Below, in pieces: positions 21,985 through 33,418 of a stretch of DNA of 64,000 nt. The notes beneath the pieces were generated by a model that made no database searches, was not told the DNA's origin, and was given only the letters and a program-made list of their open reading frames with translations. Origin of the DNA: Octopus bimaculoides (Eukaryota). Positions within the stretch are counted from its first letter, which is position 1, and each line of letters starts with the position of its first letter. The DNA lies in contig NC_068994.1 in NCBI RefSeq assembly GCF_001194135.2, forward strand, positions 3,156,717 to 3,220,716. The letters are read 5' to 3'. The position numbers and the translations under genes are program-made.

Positions 21985-22205
21985 TTTACATTTGCCAGAT
22001 ATTTGTCCTCATCTTGTTTGTTAACACATTTCTGCTGATATACCCTCCAGCCTTCATCAGGTGTCTTGGAAAAATTTCAAACCTCAGTTCTCATTCCTAA
22101 GGCATTTTTCAATGTTATTATTATTATTATTATTCAGGTCACTGCCTGGATTCAAACTCGGAATCTTGGGGTTGGTAGCCCATGCTCTTAACCACTACAC
22201 CATGG
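21985..22205 (-). mobile_element. Composite short element: tRNA-like head, (AAT)n, spacer, hammerhead-like motif
   Basis: The head at 22205-22135 has an A-box-like TGGTGTAGTGG and a B-box-like GAGTTTGAATCC. An (AAT)n run lies at about 22134-22107 and the hammerhead-like core at 22060-22029. Confidence 0.65.
22024..22064 (-). ncRNA. Hammerhead-like motif, family iii, inside a tRNA-headed element
   Basis: The minus strand reads ACAC-CTGATGA-A-GGCTG(GAGGGTATAT)CAGCA-GAAA-T-GTGT. Stem I ACAC/GTGT is present, but the stem III and cleavage-site bases appear deleted. Confidence 0.55.
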
Positions 22206-22365
22206 AGTGAATTTTAGGGCTTATAAATCTAATATTTTCCTATCCTTCCTTAATACCGGTTCCTATATGCTACTCATATCTGCACTCAGTCTGCTTAGGA
22301 CGTTGTTGTGTCCAAGCATATGTGCTGCTTCTTTTATGGGGGGGGGGGCGGAATACGAAAAGTAA

Positions 22366-22468
22366 GAAACTGCTTAGCAGCAGATCATCTGTCTTTACAT
22401 TCTGAGTTCAATTCCCACCAAGGTTGATTTGCCCTTCATCTTTTCAGAGTCGATAAAATAAGGACCAG
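22366..22468 (+). mobile_element. SINE family A fragment
   Basis: TTCTGAGTTCAATTCCCACC…CCCTTCATCTTTTCAGAGTCGATAAAATAAGGACCAG. Confidence 0.7.
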
Positions 22469-22856
22469 AGGGAATGTTGGCTTACCTGCCCAGCCACCAT
22501 GGAGGCATCATTCAAAAGCTACAACAATGCAAAGAAGTACATTGTGACCAGTGGTGTATAACAACATCTAAGAAGTCTGGTCGATAGAGTGATTGATATC
22601 CAACAAAGCAGTATTAACACAGCAGTAATTTATTAACCACCCTAGCTGCCAAGAATGTGTCAAATATGCAAATTAGTCAAATGAATTTACATGACCATAA
22701 TGACATCTGAATTCAGAAAATGAAAAAAAAAGGGGTGGGGACAACTAAATTAGGCATTTTGCCATTTGTCACTGATAAACAGCAGATTCTCTGCTTTTCC
22801 TACCAATTGAACCATTCCCAGTTCTGTGTTTTTTTTAATTAGCTAAAAACTCATCA

Positions 22857-22890
22857 TTGATGAAATCCCAACTGGGGACTGAAACTAGTC
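22857..22890 (+). ncRNA. Hammerhead-like motif (C3U; stem I not evident)
   Basis: TTGATGA-AATCCC(AACTG)GGGACT-GAAA-CTA-GTC. Stem II pairs 5 of 6 bp, stem III is the palindrome ACTAGT, and the triplet is GTC. Confidence 0.5.
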
Positions 22891-23948
22891 CAGCTGACCC
22901 CTCTTTTTTATGTCCACAAACATATTTTAGATAAATACAGGTTGTTTATAATTGTCAATTATAGTTTTGGTCAAAGATTTAGATATAGTCTTTGGTATAT
23001 GGACTTCACTGAAACAAAACACTGACTCACCTGAAATGTGTGTGTGTGTGTGTGTCTAATGTGTAAGCGACCTATATATGTGTATGTATATGTATACATG
23101 TTCATAAATGACTTTTTGTGAAGATATATACACAAATACGAGAGTGACCGGGGAAAGAGGGTTTGCAGGAATAGAAATCACAGCAGTTGTATGTTTAATA
23201 GATTAAAAGTACAAATTCATAAAGACCGTTTCATTACAAGCCACACCATTGCACCCCCCACCCACCTTCTCACAATGGAGACTTCACAACGAAAATTTAC
23301 ATTCTTTGTGAAGAGAACGAGAACAGAGCCAAAAATACAACCATTTCTGTATAAAATAGCTAACAGATGCACCACACTTGATAAAAAGATAGATCTGTGT
23401 ATATAAATGTATGTGTGCGTGTATATATATATAGAGATATATACACACACACACACATATGTCTATGGAAGTAATGATGCGTATGCGAGGAAATCTGCCC
23501 ATGTCAACGAAGCTAATTTATATGGTTTGATATCAACTACACCCATTATATATATANNNNNNNNNNNNNNNNNNNNNNNNNNNNNNNNNNNNNNNNNNNN
23601 NNNNNNNNNNNNNNNNNNNNNNNNNNNNNNNNNNNNNNNNNNNNNNNNNNNNNNNNNNNNNNNNNNNNNNNNNNNNNNNNNNNNNNNNNNNNNNNNNNNN
23701 NNNNNNNNNNNNNNNNNNNNNNNNNNNNNNNNNNNNNNNNNNNNNNNNNNNNNNNNNNNNNNNNNNNNNTACCTACATGGTTTATTGTATTATTTATTAA
23801 AGCCGAAGCAGGAGAAAACAAGGGAGAGAGAGCGAGAGAAGGAGAGAGAGAGAGAGAGAGATGTGGTACAGCAGTAACCGTTGTCTCCATGCTGCGAAGG
23901 ACGAGACATACTTAATAGAAAATAGAACAAGAAATGGAATATTAACTC

Positions 23949-24140
23949 ACCTGAACCTAATCGGGTTTTGTTTTTTATTTTGTAGACCAGCTGTCGGGGG
24001 CTTTTATTAGTATCTTTGGAGAGATTTTCATTGATAATGTTTTGTTTTGTTTTTTTTCACAGTGTTATTGTTATTGTGTAAGATATTAGGGGGACATTTT
24101 TCCCTCGTTGATTTATGCGGGGAAATACAAGCCCCGCCCT
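23949..24140 (-). promoter_or_regulatory. Candidate ZNF-B first non-coding exon and promoter
   Basis: Consensus donor CAG|GTGAGT (GT 23950-23949), a GC box GCCCCGCCC at 24131-24139 and locally retained CpGs. A matching acceptor TTTTTTGTGTCAG| lies at 21243-21242. No transcript support. Confidence 0.4.
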
Positions 24141-24701
24141 TCAACAAATTATGCAGTACACACACAAACACTTAATTATTATTATCTTTTTTTTGTGATT
24201 TATTTAGTTTTTCGGCGTTTTTTTTTCTCTCTCGCTATACATATATATATATCGATATAGAATTATAGACTTCTGAGAAAAGATTAGTAATAATAATAAT
24301 GTAACCAATATATAAATACAATATAAAATATATAATAAAATAAAAAAGAAATTGCCCCAAGCTGCCAGCTGTGGACACACAGACAGAATATATTAGAGAG
24401 AGTGAGAGAGGCGGTGATTTACCTAATTGTAACGTCTCTACAATTATTTCCTCAGAGATTTTGGCTTCCTTTTGCATTTATACTATTTAATGCTACCAAG
24501 GAAGGAAAGAAAGAAGGAAAAAGAACGTTGCCAAAAAAAAAAAAAAAAAAAAAGCGGCTATTTTCATATGATTCCTTTTATAAATCTGAATATCGAATTC
24601 TCTCTAGGTTTTACAATGAAATCTCAATTCGTTTTCCTTTAATTTCAGTTATATTTATTTAAATATTCTTCTATTGAAATACATTAAAATCTGATTTATT
24701 A

Positions 24702-24736
<35 letters not shown>

Positions 24737-25037
24737 TCAGTTTTTAAGAATAGCCAATTACATTAAAACAGTCGTTGTTTGACTTATTTTATGTATTGAA
24801 CATAAAGAACATAAATTTGTCTTTTCCTCCTGCCTAATTAGTTTTAATTGGCTTTTCAATTCTCTGCTCCCTGTATTTAATATATTAATACTAATTTCGC
24901 TATTGCTTTTCATGTTAATGGCAATTCTAGATAATTTTCTCCATGATTATGTTAATTTTTCAAGCCAAATCGTAGACAATATTGTTGATATACAAAATTT
25001 TTTCAAAATCATTTCAACAAATATGGTCGAACTTATG

Positions 25038-25078
25038 CTTCACTGAAGAGGTAAATTAAAACCAAAACATGTCTGCAG
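25038..25078 (+). ncRNA. Hammerhead-like motif, family ii (G12A)
   Basis: CTTCA-CTGAAGA-GGT(AAATTAAA)ACC-AAAA-CAT-GTC-TGCAG. Stem I pairs 4 of 5 bp and stem III is the palindrome ACATGT. AAAA in place of GAAA fits CpG decay of CCGAAA. Confidence 0.6.
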
Positions 25079-25117
25079 TTGTTTCCCATACTTGTCAAAA
25101 TCATTAGAATAATATTA

Positions 25118-26330
25118 CCCCTCCCTCAGAGTGAAAAGCAGATTGTATGATACCTGTGTACCTACAGCTATGTTACGAAACAGTGAAACATGGGTTTTGA
25201 CTACAGAGGACTTGTGAAGGCTTGAAAGAAATGAAGCTAGCATGCTCTGCTGGATGGGCAATGTCAGTGTGCATGCATGGCACAGTGTAAATGATTTAAG
25301 AGGAAAACTGGGTATAAGAGGTATCAGATGTTGAGTGCAAGAGAGAAGACTGCACTGGTTAGGTCATGTGATGCGTATGGATGTGGGCAGCTGTGTAAAG
25401 AAGTGCTGAGCTCTAATTGTGGAGGAATACCTGTGGAAGGGGTAGACCCAGGAAGATGTGGGATGAAGTGGTGAGAAAGGAACTTCAGATGTTGGGCCTC
25501 ACTGAGGAAATGACAAGGGGCTGGTAGATGTGGTGATTTGATGTACTTGATAGGACGTGTCAAGCTAAGTAAAATCGTTGTCTTCCACACATACAGGCTT
25601 GTCCTTTGCAGGTGTTGATGCCACATAAAAAGGCACCCATGCTGGTGTTGCATTGACGCACCTGTGCCGGTACTACATAAGCACATCTATGTTAGTGGCC
25701 CATAAAAAAGCACCTAGAACACTCTCTTAACTGGGTGACTAAGGTTTAGTGGAAGATTTTAATTCGAAACTTATGAAAACAAGACATTTGTACTACAGAG
25801 CCAGGACTGGTTTCAGTCGGGTTAGTAACGAAAGGGTTAAGGTTCTGAGTTCATTTACGTTGCAGAAGCCCTCCTCCTCCTCCACCTGACTGGATCCTGT
25901 GCCAGTGGCATGTAAAAAACACCATCTGAATGTGGTCGATGCCAGTACCCCCTGACTGGCTCTTGTGCTGGTGGCATGTAAAAAGCACCAACCAAATGTG
26001 ACCAATGCCAGTACCCCTTGACTGGCCCCCATGCTGGTGGCACGTAAAATGATGATGATGATGACAATGATGTTATATATTTATTTTATATGTAGAATGG
26101 TGCCACATAAATGCACCAGTGCCAGTACCACAGAGAAAGCCCCCAGTACACTCCATAAAATAGTTGACATTAAGAAGGGCATTCAGCTGTAGAAACTATG
26201 CCATAGCAGACAATTGGAGATCGGTGCAGCTCTCCAGCCCTGCCAGTTCCTGTCAAACTGTCCAACCCATGCCAGCATGGAAAAGAGACTTTGGAGGTGG
26301 AGGAGGAGGATGATGGTGGTGGTGGTGGTC
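25118..26330 (+). mobile_element. RTE-clade LINE 3' end (decayed ORF2 C-terminus, tandem-repeat UTR, conserved tail)
   Basis: It translates with stops and frameshifts to LRVKSRLYDTCVPTAMLRNSETWVLT…RLERNEASML…RRLHWLGHVMRMD…GRPRKMWDEVVRKELQMLGLTEEM…QAK* (stop at 25570). ~60-70-nt repeats and the AGGAAGGGCATCCAGCTGTAGAAAC-type tail follow. A MITE half interrupts it. Confidence 0.85.
25735..25840. mobile_element. Right half of TTAA-CCCTTT MITE subfamily 1
   Basis: It ends GTAACGAAAGGGTTAA and shares GACTAAGGTTTAGTGGAAGATTTTAATT…AAACTTATGAAAACAAGACAT with about 59056-59107. Confidence 0.7.
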
Positions 26331-26923
26331 TATCATTAATGGTAATAATTTTAATCCAAGAATAAAACGTTTTGCATTTAAGATTAGATTAAACATTTAC
26401 CTCAGTTTTGACTTTGATCAGAGATTATAATTTCATTTGGCGTTGTTTAGTCCTAGGTTACCTCCAACCAAACACACCTTTAATTAAGACATCCCATCCA
26501 TGCCTATCTTGCCATTCATTTTTTTTTTCCTTTCAAACAGCTAAACTAGAATGCCCGTTTTTTTTTAAAGATGACAGGTTTTGATTTGAGATAGGTTTGG
26601 TTGCTATTTTTAGCAAGTCAAGCGACTGTGCAACCAAGCACATGTTCTCTCATTGTTGACAGTTAGATATGTATCGATGTTTCCATTCACACTTGTGTCA
26701 AAAAATGATTTACCATGAAACTTAAAAATCTTTTAGTATCAATGTAATCTTAATCTTTTATTATAATTTAAAAACATTCTAACCATGGCCATCACATCTT
26801 ATTTTGAAATATACTGCATCAACAAGGGTCACCAAGTAACTTGCAAGACAAAGACATCTCAGTTGAGAGGAACTGAGACAAGTGGCCATGGGCTAAATGA
26901 GAGGTTCCCACTAGTTTTGGAAC

Positions 26924-27090
26924 CAGGGATGTGGAGACGAAACAAAAAACTTTGACTTCGACTCCAACTCCTCTACTATTGGCACGTCTGACTCCGACTC
27001 CTCTATGTAATTAAGTGATTGTGGTCTATTTTACCAACTCCGACTCCAGCTACCTCTTTATGTGTATCCGACTCCAACTCCACAGCTCTG
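26924..27090. mobile_element. hAT-type MITE with 8-bp TSD
   Basis: TIRs CAGGGATGTGGAG / CTCCACAGCTCTG; TSD TTTGGAAC (26916-23) / TTTAGAAC (27091-98); internal CGACTC repeats. Confidence 0.82.
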
Positions 27091-27789
27091 TTTAGAACCC
27101 TGAAAAGGGGTCATGGATATTACCAAACCATTAAAATTATGCGTGACGGGTGTTTCGTCAACTTGTATTACTAAGTTCAAACCTTTTTATGACTATAGCA
27201 TGGACAGAGATGACATTTACTAGGCTGGCTTAAATAAAGTAGAGGTTGTTAATATACTTTATCCTCTTACAAGAGATAACAGAATGTTCCTACAGTGGGC
27301 AGGAGAGTTTTGCAGTGGACAAACTAGTTTTATGGGACGCAGAATAATCTGACAGTTTTGAGAAAGCTCTGAAAAGTAGCAACACCTGACCACCTGACAC
27401 TAGCGTAGCTCGTGTGCCGCCCAGATAGCAGCCAAGTCTCTCTCAAATTATACTCAACTATTTTAAATAAGGAAAGGACAGGTTACATGATGTATTTCTA
27501 TATACCTCTAAAAAGATAGGATGGTCACGGCTGGAAAGCCTTTGATCATAGGTCTGTCAGGCTGGGTTGACCTGGACTAGAATAGCAATACCCACTCACA
27601 CACACAAACCCATACACACAGTATACAATGTGTTACCACACAGTTCACAAGGAACTGGTCAATCTAATTTAGAAGATCCTACAGCATGGCACCATGGGTG
27701 CCATGCTTTGGGATCGAACCCAGAACTACAGAGTTGGAAATCACATAGCTGTATTAATGATAATAATCCTTCCTACGAGAAACACAACG

Positions 27790-28054
27790 CCTGATATTTT
27801 GGGGGCGGAGGTGAATCGATTACATCGACCCCAGGACTCAACTGGTACTTATTTTATCGACCCCGAGAGGATGAAGGGTAAAGTCAACCTCGGCAGAATT
27901 TGAACTCAGAACGCCAAGACGGACGATAATCATTCCTGCTATAGACACAAGGTCTAATATTTAAGAGGAAGGCGCTAGTCGATTACATTGACTCCAATGA
28001 TCAACTGGTACTTATTTTATCGGCCCCGAAAGGATGGGAGGCAAAGTAAACCTC
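27790..28054 (-). mobile_element. Two adjacent SINE family A fragments
   Basis: About 27790-27927 and 27936-28054, each carrying ACTGGTACTTATTTTATCG…GGATG. Confidence 0.78.
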
Positions 28055-28619
28055 ATTAATTAACCTTGATCGCAGAAATACGAAAAATAAACAAAGCATA
28101 AAAGAATTATTGTCATACAATTTAATAATTCATGGTCTAACTCACATCAGCATGGTACATGAACGTTAAACGATGATGATGATGAATTCAGGGATTATAT
28201 GTTACCAACAGGATTCGTTACTTTGGCACAAATAAATATTTTAAGAAAAGAGAAATGGGTCTGTGTAATGTATGCCGCGGCTCTCTTGAACCCCTGAAAC
28301 TTATTTCACAGCAACCTGTTGATCAGAGATTTATTACAATATCTCAGTAGCTGCCTTTCAATATCTTCAGAATCCCAATTTATGATACGCAACTTGTGTT
28401 ATTAACCTATTTCCGAATAGTACTATTAGCTCGTTCTATCCATCAGCTCACTCTCATGAAAGTGTGCCGATTCCCAGCCTTCCTTCCATCGCATACTCCA
28501 ACATAATTTTACTTTTCGACATCACCAAAGCATTAAATAAATGCTAAATCGTAAAGAAAGATAGGGATTTACAAGTTGTAGCGATTTTCGTCTTAAGCAA
28601 ATAATTAAACGGTGTGAAT

Positions 28620-29270
28620 TAAACCCTAGGCGGGTGCAGTAATAAATTTTAAAAACATAATAAAGACATATTTTTGAAAGAATATAAATTTTAAAAAATC
28701 TCTGGGAACTTGAATATTTCTGTAAAATGTGATTATTATTGTAGAGAATTAAATAACAGAAATGGGAGATATTTATTGCTGATTAGGCGTTATTTAGATA
28801 GGAAGGTGAGAGAATGCGACTATTATCTAAGAAGAATCCCCAAACCGAAAAAAGCTGACCTTTTCAGCTTTCTTTGTCTGGAAGAGAACAATAAGGGGAA
28901 CCGGTGTCAGCGGTGTGACTTCAACCATTTACACAAATCTCACTACGATTTCTTGGATAATTATTCAGTTTATTAGTCATAAATTGCTTCAGAATAACGA
29001 CGAAAATATATTTAAGTGTGATGTACATGAATGAATTAGTTAATTAACGTTTGTTAATGAGATAATTTGGAGTGAATCCAGTTGGTGGGTTGTGAGTGCA
29101 GTGGTTGTCTCCCCTGTGTTTACATGGACGGCTTTCCTCGGTGATCTTCGAAAAACTTTGGTCTTCCCTCTCACAGGGAACACCTTCCAAAGCGACCGAT
29201 TTCAAATATTATGGACAACATTTATGGTGCTTTCAGTGTTACAGCAAAATATTTCGCGAAAAAAGGTAAG
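28620..29270 (+). promoter_or_regulatory. Candidate ZNF-C promoter and first non-coding exon
   Basis: CpG-retaining stretch, GGCGGG at about 28629, donor AAG|GTAAGC (GT 29266-67), downstream acceptor at 33374-75. No transcript support. Confidence 0.38.
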
Positions 29271-29699
29271 CTATGGAGCATTGCTATTGAAACAGTGTAT
29301 AAATGTAATCATAGATATCGTGGTATATATAAATATATGTGTGTGTGTGTAGAACGAAGTGGAGATATATATAGAGAGATGATGTATAGATACCTCAACG
29401 AAGCCTTCCAGATCACATTGTCTGCATCCACATCAGTTCTAGTCCACTGGAAAAATGTTGTTCATCGTGTTTTCGAAGAATTTCGTTGGACGATCGCAGC
29501 AAAACAAATACATCACAATTGTTATGGCTTTCTAACTAAATAGATCTGTTTGGTTTTAAGGTCACAGTTTACACATGTTTAGCCGCCTTTGTGTGATAAA
29601 AGAGAAAATGTGCAGGTTTCCTTACTGTTTCCTTTCAAAATAGCTCAACATTTTAGTTTGGTTCGTTAATTCCAAAGGAAAATCTTTCTCCAATTCTTT

Positions 29700-30065
29700 T
29701 GAATTCACGCTTACTTCCTCTCTCATTATCTCTCTCCCTCTCTCTGCAATACTTTGTTCTCTTTCTCTTTCCCCCTTTATCACTCTCTATCTCTCTCCTC
29801 TTCCTATCTTTCCTCACTCACTTTTCCATCCTCTCTATCTTTTTTGCTTTTTGTCTCTCTCTCTCCTTTACTCTCCCTTGTCTCTCTTTTCGATTGCTTT
29901 CTCTCTCTTGCTATCTCTCCTCTCTTTCTCACTCCCTCGCTCTCCCCACTCTCTTCTGCTATCTCTCCTCTTTCTCTCCACCCTCCCTCACTCTTATGCT
30001 GTTTTTCTCCCCCTCTATCTATATGTCTTCGTCTCTTTCCCTCCCCCCTCTCTACTTTCTCCGAT
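29700..30065 (+). repeat. Long degenerate (CT)n polypyrimidine tract
   Basis: About 360 bp that is strongly C/T-dominated on the plus strand. Confidence 0.85.
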
Positions 30066-30971
30066 CTCAATTCGGAGGGAAACCAATTTTTAAAAAAAAT
30101 GACCTCATCCATACAAATAAGTCACAAACCACCAACAATCTATGGCTTTCGTTGTTAGATTCTTTTACTTTCGTTTCCACAGAAGCCATCAACACGTTTC
30201 TTTCATATATTATTTAATATTAAATGACAACATAGCTTCTAAATGCGCGGGCATTTACTAACAGCCTCTCACACCCTGGTCCACCTTTGCTATTGTTTAA
30301 CCCTCACTTAGCCTTCATCGACCAGACCTTATCATTAAAGACAATTCCACCCATGACCATCTCATCTGAGATTTCAGATATGTATCTAGGACTACATTAT
30401 CATATACGTCTTTACCATTTTTAAAAGATAGTTAGGGGTTAGATTTTGAGGGAGATTTAGCTGCTATCTTTAGCAAGTCTGACGACCACAAATACAATTT
30501 ACATACAAACCTATGTATTTGTGTTAAATCGCTTATAATAGTGACCAGATTGTCTCTGCGTTAAAATTGCTGTTTTTTAAATTAAGTTTTAGTAAACTGA
30601 AAATCTAGAATCCTTTAAATCATTAAATATTTCGGAATCGATGTCCCATACTTCAGGGGCAGGGAAAAGAATGGTTTTATTTTCTTGCACTTTTCTTTTG
30701 ATATCCCCCTCTTTCATACAACAGTAATTACGATCCTGGGCAATTGTTTTTCCTCTTAAGTGAGAATAGTGTCTAACATTCGGCATGATTGAATCGCTGT
30801 ATTAATTTAAAACATAGATTTAGATTTAAAACTATAGGCAAAAGTAAAGAATACGTACACCCGGTGTTTAGGGTTAGGGTTTAGATTTAGGATTAGGATT
30901 AGGGTGGTGTTTGTATTCTTTACCTCCGCCAAACTATAATAATGATTTCTTAATTTAGGCTTAATTTTTGT

Positions 30972-31139
30972 AGAAGGCGGGGGTAGTCGATTGTGTCGTT
31001 CCAAGTACTCGACTGGTATTTTATATTTCCCGAAGGAATAAAAAGCAAAATTGACCTCAGCAAGATTGAACTCAGGACATCGAGAAATTGAAGTAATGCC
31101 GCAAGACCCATTTTCCGACCTTCTAACAGTTCTTCCAGT
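30972..31139 (-). mobile_element. SINE family A, diverged
   Basis: GACTGGTATT…AAAGCAAAATTGACCTC…TTGAACTCAG blocks. Confidence 0.6.
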
Positions 31140-31734
31140 AAAGTTAGACAACAGAATCCGGAGAGGCTGACGTTTCGGGGGCTGTCTCTTAATCTGATTG
31201 TGTATAATATATGATAAATAGATCGGGAGATAGAGGGAAGTTTTTAACATTTACGTTAGTTTTTTTTTTTTTTTTTTTTTTGAGATTTTCAGTATTTTTT
31301 TTGTTTCGTTTAATTTTGAAAAATTTGGTAACATAACTCATTCTTTGGCTGGTATTTGGAACATGAATTAACAAAGAGTTTGGTGAAAAGTTTTAATTTA
31401 AATCGCTAAATCACCTGAAAACTGTAAGTTTGTAATCTTAGGACCAGAATCGGTCTTGGTATCAAAAGGAGAATTTCTTTTCTTTTTACCCTCTCAACAG
31501 AAGGAGCTGCCCTAAAATATTAGATGTCTCCACCCCATGCCATGAGGAACTTCGTCAAAAATAAAAGTTTCGTTAGTTCTGAAATTCTTTGGAACGGAGA
31601 CAATGACAGCTTTGGGAGTTAATTAAACAGGTTGGTTGTCGTCATGTGGTCAGTAAGTGACATTTGGAGATGGAATTGCCAGGGCAAGTCTCTTAATTCT
31701 GTGTCATTTTATTCACCAATCTGTTGAACAACAG

Positions 31735-31956
31735 AGCCGCTAAGTGGTTGGTGGAGCTGTTAGAAATAGCAGCCATATCTCCCTCAAATTACACCCTATA
31801 ATCTTGAGAAAAGAAATAAAGGTATTCATTGAATAATGTAACCCTAAGTTCAAGGTGTCTGCAGAACAGAAATGGTGGTGATAGTCATGGCTGGAATGCT
31901 TTTTGATCATACGTTTGTTTGTTTGCGGTTGACCTGGGGTTAAACAGCAATAACAA
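31735..31956 (+). mobile_element. Interspersed repeat family E (retroposon-tail-like, ends (AAC)n)
   Basis: AGAAATAGCAGCCA..TCTCCCTCAAAT…GGTCATGGCTGGAATGC…TTGATCATA…TGACCTGGGGTTAAACA. Homologous copies at about 812-908(+), 11539-11620(-), 26460-26630(-), 27420-27590(+), 30290-30490(-), 55456-55652(+) and 59565-59792(+). Confidence 0.75.
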
Positions 31957-32497
31957 GAAGTGATTGTTATCTGACTAATCAGAATTTAGAACTAAACACT
32001 AACTTGTTGTTCATAGAATGGTGTTGGTGGCGGGGGTGAGATGGTAGTGGCGGCGGCGGCGGCGACGTCTGGGAGACAACTATGACGACGATGGTCTAAA
32101 CTTTTAAGGCAAAAATTTTTTATTTAAACAGGTTTTTTTTAAAGATGAGAGATGCAGGTTGCAAGAAGACAGACTTTTTTTTTTTGTGAATTTATATGAT
32201 TTTCCACTGAGAAATCCAATGGGTGGTCTTGGAAAACAGGCAACAGAGAGCTTCAATAAATTACCACCAAGGGGCACACTATGTTACCTGATGTTCCCCA
32301 TACAAATGCCACCTGTTTTTTGTTTGGTTCTCATCTCAACTAATTACCTTACCTCTTAAGTCTTTCTCGCCTCACATCAGCCCTATTAACCCCCTAATGT
32401 TTGCAGGTAACATGTAATGGTTAATGTATGCAGCTATCATTGCAAGTTGGGCTCCTGTCCTAGCATGGTGTGACTGCAAGCAATGCGTTTGTGTTTC

Positions 32498-32647
32498 ACC
32501 CTTTAGCATTCAGATTACTCTGCCAAATGTAATGCTTATTTATTCACATTGTTTCAAATTTATCCTTCATTATCTCATAACTTCTGAGATTTTGGTGATG
32601 TGATTGTGTATTTTAAGAATGACATTGTAGGGCACATGTGAGAGGCC
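32498..32647. mobile_element. Left part of TTAA MITE subfamily 2
   Basis: ACCCTTTAGCATTCAGATTACTCTGCCAAATGTAATGC… is colinear with 21768 onward. Confidence 0.7.
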
Positions 32648-32694
32648 AGTTTAAATACCCCTCCCCTCCAACACTGCATACTCAATGTTTACAT

Positions 32695-32946
32695 CAGTGG
32701 TTCTCAACCATTTTTTACTTATCAACCCCTTTCATTCCTGTTTCACTCTATTATCTCCAAGCCCCCCTCCCCAATGTTAAAATATCCTATTATATTTTTA
32801 TAATTAAATATCTAAGGAATTTTATAAAAAATTGTGAAAATATATTGTATATTATAGAATTATAACCAATTTACTGCACATAAATGTTAACAAAATCTTA
32901 AACAGACCCCCCTAAAGGTCATGTGGACCCTAGTCGAGAACCCTTG
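32695..32946. mobile_element. Old hAT/Charlie-like MITE
   Basis: CAGTGGTTCTCAACC … GTCGAGAACCCTTG (imperfect TIR). No TSD is recognisable. Confidence 0.6.
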
Positions 32947-33418
32947 GCCTTCGTTTTCTTTCTAATGTCGCCATCCATTATGATTTGTCTCCTTTGTTCT
33001 GATACTTTCATTCTTTTTATTTTACAGATAACTGCTGCTGATTGAGAAATACACAAACACGAGAAGGAACCCTCATTTGTGTGATGCAATTCTCCTCTTT
33101 ATAACATTTCTCTCAAAGACATTTCCACCAAATCTAAATCCTACAACACCTTCTCTTACCACTCAGCTATTCCCGTTGATGAATGCGATAATGAGATCTT
33201 CAGTCTAATCACTGTAAATGAAGCCTCTCTTGTCTTACACTTGACCATTTCTCAGCTGTGTCACCCAAACAAATGCGATGATAGAAATGAAGAACCTACC
33301 ACACCCACCCCACTTGCAGACTGCCACAGTCTCCACACAGAAATTACGTTTCTAATAACACTTCTGCCCTTTTAGGACATATTTTGCTTTTGTGTTTTCC
33401 ACTGTGGTTACCATAGCA

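Noticed and set aside
22135-22205. Genuine tRNA gene
   Set aside because: It has A/B boxes, but I could not fold a proper acceptor stem or cloverleaf, and it is embedded in a repeat. I treated it as a SINE-like head.
23025-23040. Second CAG|GTGAGT donor upstream of ZNF-B
   Set aside because: No supporting acceptor or exon could be defined, and it is adjacent to (CA)n.
24250-24257. DRE motif TATCGATA
   Set aside because: It is a single instance at the edge of an (AT)n run and is easily produced by chance.
29699-30217. 172-aa Leu/Ser-rich ORF
   Set aside because: It is a translation of the (CT)n tract.
31165-31200. GAAACGTC motif on the minus strand
   Set aside because: There is no CUGANGA core or stem II partner.
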